In this document: piece by piece, positions 29,810-39,234 of the stretch
How the letters are laid out: each line of letters starts with the position of its first letter
Position numbering within the stretch: the stretch's first letter is position 1
Assembly: GCA_963752475.1 (NCBI GenBank)
Contig: CAVVYR010000008.1
Coordinates: forward strand, 192,001-256,000
From: an uncultured Chloroflexia bacterium
Lineage (GTDB): Bacteria > Chloroflexota > Limnocylindria > Limnocylindrales > CSP1-4
Length of the DNA stretch: 64,000 bases
Direction of reading: 5' to 3'
Program-made: the position numbers and the translations under genes
Notes under the pieces: model-generated
Databases searched by the model: none
Told to the model about the DNA's origin: nothing
Seen by the model: the letters and a program-made list of their open reading frames with translations, nothing else

Positions 29810-30615
29810 GGGCGGCGCTCGACCTGTTCAACCGCGGGCTCCTTGCCCGTCGCGGCAAGCAACGCCTTCGTGTACTCGTGCTGCGGTCGCTCGAAGATCT
29901 GGTCACGCGTGCCATGTTCGACGATGCGCCCCTCGCGCATGACCGAGACACGCTGGCTGATGTGGCGCACAACGGCGAGGTCGTGAGCGATGAAGAGGTA
30001 GGCGATCCCGCGCTCGGCCTGCAAGTCCATGAGCAGGTTCAGGATCTGGCCCTGGACGGAGACATCGAGCGCAGAGACGGGCTCGTCACAGATGATCAGG
30101 TCCGGCTCCAGCGCCAAGGCGCGCGCGATGCCGACGCGCTGCAGCTGGCCACCGGAGAACGAGCTCGGGCGCCGATCGCCCAGCGAGGGGTCGATGCCCA
30201 CTCGCCCCAACAGCTCATCGGCACGTCGTCGTCGCTCGTGGCTGTCGTAGAGCCGGTGGATGACCCACGGCTCGGCCACGATGTCGCGCACCCGGAAACG
30301 CGGATCGACCGAGGAGTACGGGTCCTGGTAGATGAGCTGCATGTGCTTGCGCATCTCACGGAGCTCGGCACCGTCGAGAGCGAACAGGTCCTGGCCACGG
30401 AAGGTGGCCGTCCCGGCGTCGGGCTCGACGAGGCGCAGCAGGATGCGGCCGGTGGTCGACTTGCCGGATCCCGACTCACCCACGAGCCCATGGGTCTGTC
30501 CGGGCTCGATGGCCAGCGAGACGTCCTGGACCGCCCGGACCTCACGCCGGCCCGAGCCACGGCCGCTCCGGAACGTCTTGGAGAGGCCGCGGGCGTCGAG
30601 GAGCGGTTCGGGCAT
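29797..30615 (-). CDS. Peptide ABC ATP-binding protein (OppF/DppF-like)
   Basis: GESGSGKST, QDPYSS, FSGGQLQR, DEPVSALDVSVQ, PQHEYTKALL. Confidence 0.93.
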   Translation of the reverse strand: MPEPLLDARGLSKTFRSGRGSGRREVRAVQDVSLAIEPGQTHGLVGESGSGKSTTGRILLRLVEPDAGTATFRGQDLFALDGAELREMRKHMQLIYQDPYSSVDPRFRVRDIVAEPWVIHRLYDSHERRRRADELLGRVGIDPSLGDRRPSSFSGGQLQRVGIARALALEPDLIICDEPVSALDVSVQGQILNLLMDLQAERGIAYLFIAHDLAVVRHISQRVSVMREGRIVEHGTRDQIFERPQHEYTKALLAATGKEPAVEQVERRPGAQ

Positions 30616-30668
30616 AGCCCGACTGTAGCGTTGCGATCGGCGCTGGACGGCGGTGCGACACTGCGGCG

Positions 30669-31046
30669 ATGAACGAGAACCCTGCCGCCACGACCGCCAC
30701 CCGCTACTCGTGGGACGCGATCGAACCGGATCATCCCATCGAAAGGGCCACCCGCCGACTCGTGAAGGGGGAGCGAGCGATGGTCGCACGCTTCGTCCTC
30801 GATGCGGGCCTCGACGTGCAGCCCCACGTCCATCACAACGAGCAGATCACGATGATCCTCGAAGGGCGGCTGCTGGTTCGCATCGGCACCATCGGCTCGG
30901 ACGAGATCCGCGAGGAAGTGCTGGGCTCGGGCGAGGTCATCGTGTTCCCGGCGTTCGTGCCGCATGGGTTCCAGGCCCTCGAGCGCGTGGTCGCCTTCGA
31001 CGTGTTCAGCCCGCCCAGCGCCAAGACCGGCATCGACCAGAGCTAG
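30669..31046 (+). CDS. Cupin domain protein
   Basis: HVHHNEQITMILEG, PAFVPHG, DVFSPP. Confidence 0.88.
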   Translation: MNENPAATTATRYSWDAIEPDHPIERATRRLVKGERAMVARFVLDAGLDVQPHVHHNEQITMILEGRLLVRIGTIGSDEIREEVLGSGEVIVFPAFVPHGFQALERVVAFDVFSPPSAKTGIDQS

Positions 31047-31342
31047 GCGGCCGATACCCACCCCTCTCCCTCCATCGGGCGCTTCTATCGCACACGCGCG
31101 GGGTTTATGAATACGTGTGCACTAGGCCCGGTCCACACGGGCCGGTCGGCCCTGTCTGGCCACCTGCACCGAGGAAGACGCTGAGCGCAACCGAATAGCT
31201 CGAGCCACCGGAGGCTTTCCCCCTGGCTGACCGACGACCCGAGTCGTGGGCCATGTCTGACACATAGCCGTCCGAAAACTACGCCCGCGGTAACCGTGGT
31301 GACGCGCGGTCCGCGGGTGTTTGAGCACGAAGAGGCGTAGTG

Positions 31343-31984
31343 ATGCCAAAGGCTGCTGTTCCGCCACCGCCAGCTCCCGTTGGGGGCAAGCGAGCGGCCA
31401 CGTTCCAAGAGGAAGTCATCGCCATGATCCCGGCTGACTCCCGCCTGGAGACGTGTATCCAATGTGGGACCTGTGGAGGGTCATGCCCCTCGTATGCGGA
31501 CATGGACCACACGCCACGGCAGATCTTTGCGCTTGTCCGCGCCGGGGCCAAGGACAAGGTCATGGACAGCAACACGCCCTGGATGTGCGTGAGCTGCTAC
31601 CTCTGCGCGGTCCGCTGTCCGCAGCAGATCCACATCCCCGACGTGATGTACGCGCTCAAGGCCAAGTCCACCCAGGACGGCCGGGTCCCGAGCCACGTGG
31701 CGCCCGACTTCAGCAAGACCTTCGTCGACTACATCCACCAGTACGGCCGCAGCTTCGAGGTCGGCCTCGTAGCCAAGCACTACCTGCGCCACTACATGAC
31801 GCGCCTGCCGGGCATGACCACCTCCGGTATCGGCATGGTGACCAAGGGCCGCATGGGCTTCCGTCCCCACAAGATCAGGGACATCGACGGGCTCAACGCG
31901 ATCCTCGATCGCGCCACCGAGATCGAGCAGGCCAAGCAGCGCGCCGTCTTCGAAGAGCGGCCGCAGAGCGGGGGAGCGCACTGA
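31343..31984 (+). CDS. hdrC: Heterodisulfide reductase subunit C-like 2[4Fe-4S] protein
   Basis: CIQCGTCGGSCP, MDHTPRQI, WMCVSCYLCAVRCP. Confidence 0.9.
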   Translation: MPKAAVPPPPAPVGGKRAATFQEEVIAMIPADSRLETCIQCGTCGGSCPSYADMDHTPRQIFALVRAGAKDKVMDSNTPWMCVSCYLCAVRCPQQIHIPDVMYALKAKSTQDGRVPSHVAPDFSKTFVDYIHQYGRSFEVGLVAKHYLRHYMTRLPGMTTSGIGMVTKGRMGFRPHKIRDIDGLNAILDRATEIEQAKQRAVFEERPQSGGAH

Positions 31985-33000
31985 TGGCCACGCAGTACAT
32001 GTACTACCCGGGCTGCTCGATGGACGGCACGGGCAAGGCTTATCACGACTCCATCGAGGCGGTCCTGCCCGAGCTCGACATCGGCTTCAAGGAGCTCGAC
32101 GACTGGAACTGCTGCGGCGCCACCGAGTACATGGGCATCAGTCCGCTGCGCTCTCAGGCGCTGGTCGGGCGCAACCTGGCCCTGGCAGAGAAGCAGAAGA
32201 ACGGCACCGACACCCTGGTGGCACCCTGCTCCGCCTGCTACGTCAACCTCGCTCGCACGGACGCCTACGTGCGCGAGTCCGACGAGCTGGCCGAGAACGT
32301 CAACGACGCTCTCGGTGCCGATGGCATGTCCTACACCCCAGGCTCGGTCAAGGTCCGGCACCTGCTCGAGATCCTCATCGATGACATCGGTCTCGAGGAG
32401 GTCGGCGAGCACGTCACGCGCCCGCTCACCGGCCTGAAGCTGGCACCGTACATGGGCTGCCTCGTCTCGCGGCCGGACTACGACGACCGCTGGCAGCACC
32501 GCGAGCACCCACACGCGCTCGACCAGCTGCTGCTGACGCTCGGCGCTGACGTGGTCGAGTACTCACGCCGCACCGACTGCTGCGGCGGCCACATGACGCA
32601 GATCAGCCCGGAGACGGGCCTCGAGCTGATCCGCCGCCTCATCGTCGAGGCCGAGCGGGTCGGGGCCCATGCCATGGTCACGGTCTGCCCCATGTGCCAG
32701 ATGAACGTGGATTTCTACCAGCGGGAGATGAACCACCACTTCCGCGAAGACCACCACATGCCGATCCTCTTCTTCACCCAGCTGATGGGCCTGGCCTACG
32801 GCATGCCGGCAGGCAAGCTCGGCTTCGGGCGCGAGATCATCTCGGCCCGTCCGGCGCTGGCCAACATCGGCATCGAGGCCCCGTTGACCGAGGAGGAAGA
32901 GGCCGAGAAGGCCAAGGCAGCCAAGCCCAAGCGACGCCGCCGAGGAGATCCCACGCTGCCCTCACCCGCACCGCGTGAGGACGAGGAGGAGCTGCGATGA
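31984..33000 (+). CDS. hdrB: Heterodisulfide reductase subunit B-like (two CCG domains)
   Basis: YYPGCS, WNCCGA, PCSACY, YMGC, DCCGG, VCPMCQ, FFTQLMGLA. Confidence 0.92.
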   Translation: MATQYMYYPGCSMDGTGKAYHDSIEAVLPELDIGFKELDDWNCCGATEYMGISPLRSQALVGRNLALAEKQKNGTDTLVAPCSACYVNLARTDAYVRESDELAENVNDALGADGMSYTPGSVKVRHLLEILIDDIGLEEVGEHVTRPLTGLKLAPYMGCLVSRPDYDDRWQHREHPHALDQLLLTLGADVVEYSRRTDCCGGHMTQISPETGLELIRRLIVEAERVGAHAMVTVCPMCQMNVDFYQREMNHHFREDHHMPILFFTQLMGLAYGMPAGKLGFGREIISARPALANIGIEAPLTEEEEAEKAKAAKPKRRRRGDPTLPSPAPREDEEELR

Positions 33001-35036
33001 CCGCCCCCAAGACCGGCGTCTACGTCTGTCATTGCGGCACCAACATCGCCGCCATGGTCGATGTCGAAGAGGTCCGCGACTGGGCCGCCGAGGAACTCAA
33101 GGACAAGGGCGTGGTCGTCTCGCGCGACTACCCCTTCATGTGCTCGAGCCTGGGCCAGGAGTTGATCGCCAAGGACATCGAGGAGTACGGCCTCGAGCGC
33201 GTGGTGGTGGGTGCCTGCTCACCGCACATGCACGAGAAGACGTTCCGTGAGGCCAGCAGCAACGCCGGCCTCAACCCCTATCTCGCCGAGCTGGTGTCCA
33301 TCCGCGAGCAGGTCTCGTGGGTCCACACCGACAAGGCCAAGGCCACCGAGAAGGCCAAGGCCATCATCGCCGGCGGCGTCTACCGCGTCGCCGAGCAGGT
33401 GCCGCTGGAGCCGCTCATCGCTCCGGTCAACAGCGCCACGCTCATCGTCGGCGGCGGCATCGCGGGCATCACCGCGGCGCTGGAGATCGCCGATGCCGGC
33501 TACCCGGTCCACATCGTGGAGAAGGAACCGTCGATCGGCGGCCACATGGCCCAGTACGACAAGACCTTCCCGACGCTCGACTGCGCGGCCTGCATCCTCA
33601 CGCCCAAGATGGTCGATGCGGGGGCGCATCCCAACATCACGCTCCACACCTGGAGCGAGGTGGTCGACGTCTCCGGCTCGGTCGGCGACTTCAAGATCAA
33701 GGTCAAGCACAAGCCACGCATGGTGGTGGAGGCGGACTGCACCGGTTGCGGCATCTGCTGGGAGAAGTGCCCGGTGCAGGTGATCGACACCGGCTTCGAG
33801 GCCGGCCTCGGCTATCGCAAGGCCATCTACACGCCCTTCCCGCAGGCGGTACCCAAGTACCCGGTGCTGACACCGGACGACTGCACCTACTTCCAGAAGG
33901 GCACGTGCAAGGCCTGTGAGAAGTTCTGCCCGGTCGATTGCATCGACTTCACCCAGACCGACGAGTATGTCGAGCTCAACGTGGGCAACATCCTGCTCGC
34001 CACCGGCTTCAAGCCCTTCGACGCCCGTCGCATCGAGGCCTTCGGCTACGGCCGACTGCCCAACGTCTTCACCTCGATGGAGTTCGAGCGGATGAGCAAC
34101 GCGGCCGGCCCCACCGGCGGCAAGATCGTCCTGCGCGACGGCGTGACCGAGCCCAAGTCGGTGGCCATCGTCCACTGCGTCGGCTCACGCGACAAGAACA
34201 CCAACGAGCACTGCTCGGCCATCTGCTGCATGCAGTCGCTGAAGTTCGCGCATCTCGTCAAGGAGCACACGGACGCTGACGTGTACGAGTGCTACATCGA
34301 CATGCGCACGCCGGGCAAGGGCTACGACGAGTTCTACAACCGCATCCTCGACGAGGGCACGCAGATGATCCGCGGCCGCGTCGCGGAGGTCACCGACTCG
34401 TTGCGCTACCCGGAGGAGGAGGGCCACGAGGGCCGGCTCATCGTGCAGGTGGAGGACACCCTCGCTGGTATCAAGCGCCGCGTACCGGCCGATATGGTCA
34501 TCCTCTCGACCGGTCTGGAACCGCAGGCGGACGCCACCGACGTGGCCCGCATGTTCGGCGTCGGCTGCAGCACCGACGGCTTCATCATCGAGCGCCACGC
34601 CAAGCTGGACCCCGTCGCGACCATGACCGACGGCGTCTTCGCTGCCGGCGCCACGCTCGGGCCTCGCGATATCCCGACCTCGGTGTCCAACGGCGCCGCA
34701 GCCGCGGCCACCATCCTGAGCCGTATCGCCCAGGGCGAGATCGCCATGGAGCCCTACCGGGCCAGCGTCGATGCCGAACGTTGCTCCGGCTGCCGCATCT
34801 GCAACGACCTCTGCCCCTTCAGCGCCATCACCTTCGACGAGGGGGCGATGGTCACCGAGATCAATCCCAAGCTCTGCCAGGGCTGTGGCGTGTGCGTGGC
34901 CGCGTGTCCCGCCAACGCCATCTCCGGCAGCGGCTTCAGCCACGAGCAGGTCATGGCCCAGATCGACGGGCTGCTGGCCAGCACCGACGGTGCCGCCGGC
35001 GTTCCGACCGATGAGCCAGTGGAGGTGACGGCATGA
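32997..35036 (+). CDS. hdrA: Heterodisulfide reductase subunit A (FAD, multiple [4Fe-4S])
   Basis: GVYVCHCGTNI, GGGIAG, DKTFPTLDC, HCVGSRD, CSAICCM, two ferredoxin domains. Confidence 0.95.
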   Translation: MTAPKTGVYVCHCGTNIAAMVDVEEVRDWAAEELKDKGVVVSRDYPFMCSSLGQELIAKDIEEYGLERVVVGACSPHMHEKTFREASSNAGLNPYLAELVSIREQVSWVHTDKAKATEKAKAIIAGGVYRVAEQVPLEPLIAPVNSATLIVGGGIAGITAALEIADAGYPVHIVEKEPSIGGHMAQYDKTFPTLDCAACILTPKMVDAGAHPNITLHTWSEVVDVSGSVGDFKIKVKHKPRMVVEADCTGCGICWEKCPVQVIDTGFEAGLGYRKAIYTPFPQAVPKYPVLTPDDCTYFQKGTCKACEKFCPVDCIDFTQTDEYVELNVGNILLATGFKPFDARRIEAFGYGRLPNVFTSMEFERMSNAAGPTGGKIVLRDGVTEPKSVAIVHCVGSRDKNTNEHCSAICCMQSLKFAHLVKEHTDADVYECYIDMRTPGKGYDEFYNRILDEGTQMIRGRVAEVTDSLRYPEEEGHEGRLIVQVEDTLAGIKRRVPADMVILSTGLEPQADATDVARMFGVGCSTDGFIIERHAKLDPVATMTDGVFAAGATLGPRDIPTSVSNGAAAAATILSRIAQGEIAMEPYRASVDAERCSGCRICNDLCPFSAITFDEGAMVTEINPKLCQGCGVCVAACPANAISGSGFSHEQVMAQIDGLLASTDGAAGVPTDEPVEVTA

Positions 35037-35554
35037 CCGCACCTGCGACCCAGCCTGGGAACTCGGCGCCCGTGGCGCCTGCCGACTTCGAGCCGCTCAT
35101 CCTCGGCTTCACCTGCAACTGGTGCAGCTACCGTGCGGCGGACCTCGCGGGCACGGCCCGTACCAAGTACCCGCACAACGTCCGGCTCATCCGCCTGATG
35201 TGCTCCGGACGCATGGAACCCGAGTTCATCCTCGAGGGTTTCGCCAAGGGCGCGGACGCGGTGATCATGACCGGCTGCTGGCCAGAGGATTGCCACTACC
35301 GCATCCAGTCGGTGAAGGCCCTGCGACGGTTCATCTTCCTGCGCCGGATGCTCAGCGACCTGGGCATCGAGCCGGCCCGGCTGCAGCGCTTCTACGCCAG
35401 CGCCGCCGAGGGCCAGCGCTTCGCTGACGAGATGGCCCGCATCGTGGCCGAGGTCAAGGCGCTTGGCCCCATCCCGCCCGAGATCCGAGTCGCCTTGGAG
35501 TCGCGCCCTGAAGCGCCGGCTCCAGCGTTCCAGCCTGAGGAGGTGGAGGCATGA
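35033..35554 (+). CDS. mvhD: Methyl-viologen-reducing hydrogenase delta subunit ([2Fe-2S])
   Basis: CNWCSYRAADLAG, MCSGR, GCWPEDCHY. Confidence 0.92.
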   Translation: MTAPATQPGNSAPVAPADFEPLILGFTCNWCSYRAADLAGTARTKYPHNVRLIRLMCSGRMEPEFILEGFAKGADAVIMTGCWPEDCHYRIQSVKALRRFIFLRRMLSDLGIEPARLQRFYASAAEGQRFADEMARIVAEVKALGPIPPEIRVALESRPEAPAPAFQPEEVEA

Positions 35555-36561
35555 CCGCCGAAGCCGCGACCCCGGCCGAAGCCGAGGTCAAGCCCCGCTA
35601 CAAGCTGGCGATGTACTGGGCCTCCGCCTGCGGTGGCTGCGACGTCGCTGTGCTCAACCTGGGCATGAAGCTCATCGAGTTCACCGAGCGCTGGGAACCG
35701 GTCTTCTGGCCGGCAGCCATGGACGGCAAGCGGCAGGACGTCCGCGACATGGAGGATGGCGAGATCGACGTCTGCCTCTTCGACGGCGGCATCCGCACCG
35801 ACGAGGACGCCGAGATGGCGCACCTGCTGCGGGCCAAGTCGAAGGTGCTGGTGGCCTTCGGGTCCTGCGCCAGCGAAGGCTGCATCCCCGGTCTCGCCAA
35901 CCAGCGTCCGATCGAGGCGGTCTTCGCGGCCGCCTTCGATCCCGAGCTGAACGACGTCAACGGCGCGGGCACGCCCAACGGACCGTGGGAATCGCCCCAC
36001 GGCGAACTCGAACTGCCCACGCTTCAGACGCGACTGCAGACGCTGAGCCAGGTCGTCGATGTCGACTACTCGGTGCCCGGCTGCCCGCCTGAGACCGAGC
36101 GCATCGCGGAGGTGTTGGGGGCGGTCACCGCCGCTCTTGACGGCACCGGCCCGCTGCCGCCCAAGGGCGCCGTGCTCGGCGCCGGCAACTCGACCGTGTG
36201 TGACGAGTGCAAGCGAGAGCGTGGCGTCAAGACCATCACGGAGTTCAAGCGTATCCAGACGCTCGCGGAGGTCGATCCGAACCTGTGCCTGCTGGAGCAG
36301 GGCCTGCCCTGCTGCGGTCCGGCGGCGCGGGACGGCTGCGGTGCCAAGTGTCCGGCGGCAGGTGCTCCGTGCATCGGCTGCTACGGCGCGACGACCGGCG
36401 TCAATGACTTCGGCGCTCGACTGCTGAGCGCATACGCCTCGGTGGTCGAGGCCAGTGAACCGGAAGACATCGAGCGCGTGCTCGAGGGTCTGCCGGACAC
36501 GGTCGGCCAGTTCTATCGCTTCAGCCTCGCAGCCTCGCTGCTCCATGGGGGTCGGGCATGA
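35551..36561 (+). CDS. mvhG: [NiFe]-hydrogenase small subunit
   Basis: CGGCD, FGSCA, PGCPP, VCDEC, CLLEQG.PCCGP, CIGCYG. Confidence 0.9.
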   Translation: MTAEAATPAEAEVKPRYKLAMYWASACGGCDVAVLNLGMKLIEFTERWEPVFWPAAMDGKRQDVRDMEDGEIDVCLFDGGIRTDEDAEMAHLLRAKSKVLVAFGSCASEGCIPGLANQRPIEAVFAAAFDPELNDVNGAGTPNGPWESPHGELELPTLQTRLQTLSQVVDVDYSVPGCPPETERIAEVLGAVTAALDGTGPLPPKGAVLGAGNSTVCDECKRERGVKTITEFKRIQTLAEVDPNLCLLEQGLPCCGPAARDGCGAKCPAAGAPCIGCYGATTGVNDFGARLLSAYASVVEASEPEDIERVLEGLPDTVGQFYRFSLAASLLHGGRA

Positions 36562-38024
36562 CACGCATCACCATCGATCCCGTCACTCGCCTTGAGGGTC
36601 ACGGCAAGATCGAGATCCTCCTCGACGATGCCGGAGACGTCGAACACACCTACTTCCAGATCCCCGAGCTGCGCGGCTTCGAGTCGTTCTGTGTCGGTCG
36701 TCCGGTGGAGGACATGCCGGCGCTGACGAACCGCATCTGCGGCGTCTGCCCGGAGGCTCACCACATGGCCGCGGCCAAGGCGGCTGATGCCGCGTATGGC
36801 GTCGCCGTGCCGCGCACCGGTCGCATGCTGCGCGAGCTGCTCTACAACGCCTTCTACGTGACTGACCACGCGACGCACTTCTACGTGCTCAGCGGACCGG
36901 ACCTGATCATGGGGCCGGACGCCCCCAAGGCCGAGCGCAACATCCTCGGCGTGGTCAAGAAGGTCGGCGCTGAGGTCGGCGGCAAGGTCATCGACGCACG
37001 CAAGGCCGGCCATCGCATCATCGAGATCATCGGCGGCCGGCGCATCCATCCCTGCACCTCGGTGCCCGGTGGCCAGACCAAGGCCATCAGCGAAGAGGAG
37101 CGGGACGAGATCAAGGCGCTCGCCGACGCCATGGTCGAGTTCGGAGGCTTCAGTCTGGAGCTGTTCGCCTCGATGCTCGAGGACGAATCCATCGAGGAGA
37201 TCGTCAAGGGCGACCTCTACACCCACGAGACGTACTACAGCGGCCTCGTCGACGCCGATGACAAGGTCACCTTCTACGACGGCCAGATCAAGGTCGTCGC
37301 GCCCGACGGTGAGGTCTTCGGCCAGTACGAGCCGAAGGACTACCGCGACTGGATCGACGAGAAGGTCGAGCCGTGGACGTTCCTGAAGTTCCCGTACCTC
37401 AAGAACGTGGGCTGGAAGGGCCTTGTCGACGGCAAGGACTCCGGCATCTACACGGTGGCTCCGCTGGGCCGGCTCAACGTCGCCTCCGGCATGGCCACGC
37501 CCAAGGCCCAGGCCGCCTACGAGCAGTACTTCGAAACGCTTTCACCCGATGGCACGCCGGTGCACAGCCGCGGCGCGACCCATTGGGCCCGGCTCGTCGA
37601 GATGATGCAGGCGGCCGAGACGGTGCAGGCGCTGGTCAACGACCCGGAGATCACTTCGCCGGATGTCCGCGCTGTCCCGACCGAGATCCCGACCGAGGGT
37701 GTGGGCACGGTGGAGGCACCGCGCGGCACCCTGACGCACCACTACTGGACCGACGAGAACGGCGTCATCACGCGCGTCAACCTCATCGTCGGCACGACCA
37801 ACAACTACGGCCCCATCGCGATGTCCGTGGACAAGGCTGCACGCAGCCTCATCTCCAAGGGCACCGTCGTGACCGACGGACTGCTCGACCGCATCGAGAT
37901 GGGCTTCCGGGCCTACGACCCCTGCTTCGGGTGCGCCACGCACTCGATGCCGGGGCAGATGGCCATGGTCGTCACCATCCGCGACAAGGACGGCAACGCC
38001 GTGAAGGAGCTGCGCCGTGACTAG
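36558..38024 (+). CDS. mvhA: [NiFe]-hydrogenase large subunit, group 3c type
   Basis: DPVTRLEGH, L1 RICGVCPEAHH, EAPRGTL, L2 RAYDPCFGCATH followed by a cleavable tail. Confidence 0.93.
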   Translation: MTRITIDPVTRLEGHGKIEILLDDAGDVEHTYFQIPELRGFESFCVGRPVEDMPALTNRICGVCPEAHHMAAAKAADAAYGVAVPRTGRMLRELLYNAFYVTDHATHFYVLSGPDLIMGPDAPKAERNILGVVKKVGAEVGGKVIDARKAGHRIIEIIGGRRIHPCTSVPGGQTKAISEEERDEIKALADAMVEFGGFSLELFASMLEDESIEEIVKGDLYTHETYYSGLVDADDKVTFYDGQIKVVAPDGEVFGQYEPKDYRDWIDEKVEPWTFLKFPYLKNVGWKGLVDGKDSGIYTVAPLGRLNVASGMATPKAQAAYEQYFETLSPDGTPVHSRGATHWARLVEMMQAAETVQALVNDPEITSPDVRAVPTEIPTEGVGTVEAPRGTLTHHYWTDENGVITRVNLIVGTTNNYGPIAMSVDKAARSLISKGTVVTDGLLDRIEMGFRAYDPCFGCATHSMPGQMAMVVTIRDKDGNAVKELRRD

Positions 38025-38559
38025 CCCGCTCGAGCCCTATGGCCTGCGCATCGCCGAACCCGGCGAGACCCTGGTCGTGGGACTTGGCAATCCGATCCTT
38101 GGGGATGATGGTGTCGGGTGGCGCGTCATCGACGAGCTGGACGAACTCGACCATGACGGCGCCAGCCTGCAGCAGGCGTGTGTCGGTGGCGTAAGCCTGA
38201 TGGAACTCCTTGTCGGGTATCGGCGCGCGATCATCGTCGATGCGATCATCGATCCCGAAGTCGCGCCCGGTAGCGTCTGGCGCAGGTCACTGTCGGATGT
38301 GGAAACTCGGGTGGCCAGTCATCTGGACTCGTCACACGACGCCCCCCTGCCGGCCGCCATCGAAGCAGGACGCGCGATGGGCGTGGACCTGCCGTCTGAC
38401 ATCGAGGTCGTGGGCATCGTCATCGAACGAGGCGATGTCTTCGGCGAACAATTGAGCGACGCCATCGCTGAGGCCGTGCCGGTCGCGGCGACAGAGGTTG
38501 TCGGGGCATTGCGTGCGCAGTCCTCTGCGTCGCCATTAGGGGAGCCAGTCCATGCATGA
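38017..38559 (+). CDS. Hydrogenase maturation endopeptidase
   Basis: VVGLGNPILGDDGVG, IIVDA, SSHD. Confidence 0.92.
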   Translation: MTSPLEPYGLRIAEPGETLVVGLGNPILGDDGVGWRVIDELDELDHDGASLQQACVGGVSLMELLVGYRRAIIVDAIIDPEVAPGSVWRRSLSDVETRVASHLDSSHDAPLPAAIEAGRAMGVDLPSDIEVVGIVIERGDVFGEQLSDAIAEAVPVAATEVVGALRAQSSASPLGEPVHA

Positions 38560-38821
38560 AGCCGGAGTCACCGAGCGGATCCTGGAGATCGTGGTCGAAC
38601 ACGCCAAGGAAGCGCACGCCCAGCGCGTGACCGACGTCTACCTGGAGGTGGGCGATGAGTCGGGCATCGACATCGAGTCGGTCGAGATGCACTGGCCGCT
38701 GCTGAGCGAGGGTTCGGTGGCCGAGGGCTCGATCCTGCACTTCGAGAAGAAGGAGGACGAGCCGTTCTCGTTCCGGCTGACCAGCATCGAGGTCGACGAG
38801 CATGAGAAGGCGGCTACCTGA
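38552..38821 (+). CDS. hypA: HypA-like nickel metallochaperone lacking the zinc-finger domain
   Basis: MHE N-terminus, LEVGDESGI, terminal strand FRLTSIEVD; no Cys. Confidence 0.75.
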   Translation: MHEAGVTERILEIVVEHAKEAHAQRVTDVYLEVGDESGIDIESVEMHWPLLSEGSVAEGSILHFEKKEDEPFSFRLTSIEVDEHEKAAT

Positions 38822-38871
38822 ACTGACGCTCGCGCCAGGCGCTCTCCTCGCCTGACGACATCAAGACGAAC

Positions 38872-38904
38872 CTGATGGCCCCGCGGGCGACCGTGGGGCA
38901 TCAG
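38872..38904 (+). terminator. Hairpin downstream of the hydrogenase operon
   Basis: CTGATG-GCCCCGCGG-gcga-CCGTGGGGC-ATCAG. Confidence 0.5.
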
Positions 38905-38936
38905 TGTGCCCAGGTCACGTGGTAGAGAGACGATTT

Positions 38937-39183
38937 CGACCACTTGTAGTCAGGCGTCGCTCCTGGCGACGCTGTCGATCGACTGGGCCGAACTCGGTGG
39001 ACACCTGTCGTCCGAGCCGACCGTAGGCCGGCAAGGCTGGTCGGATCGTCCGCCTCGGCGTTCGCCGGGTTTGCCAGCTATGCCCCTGCACGCTCGGGAC
39101 CGGCGGCCGATCGTCACGCGATGGCCTCGGTGGTGGCTACAAGCGAGCCCAGGGTCGATGGGGGCGACCGCTGTCCACAACGG
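38937..39183. repeat. Copy 2 of the ~245-bp structured dispersed element
   Basis: Same landmarks as copy 1 at a constant offset of 9563. Confidence 0.75.
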
Positions 39184-39234
39184 GCAAGGGCCTGCCCTCA
39201 AGCCAGCGTGTTGCAGGCACTCCACGAGCTGCTG

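Noticed and set aside
29152-29986. Repetitive ORFs across the repeat region (e.g. WAGAFHWAPG, ASMGATTGHER)
   Set aside because: Translations of non-coding tandem repeats; the 26-bp period breaks frame and there are no translation signals
31104-31125. Rex-like operator upstream of the hdr-mvh operon (TTATGAATACGTGTGCACTA)
   Set aside because: Half-site spacing and sequence deviate too much from TTGTGAA-N4-TTCACAA
31343-38024. Selenocysteine recoding in HdrA, MvhD or MvhA
   Set aside because: All relevant positions are Cys codons and no in-frame TGA interrupts the ORFs
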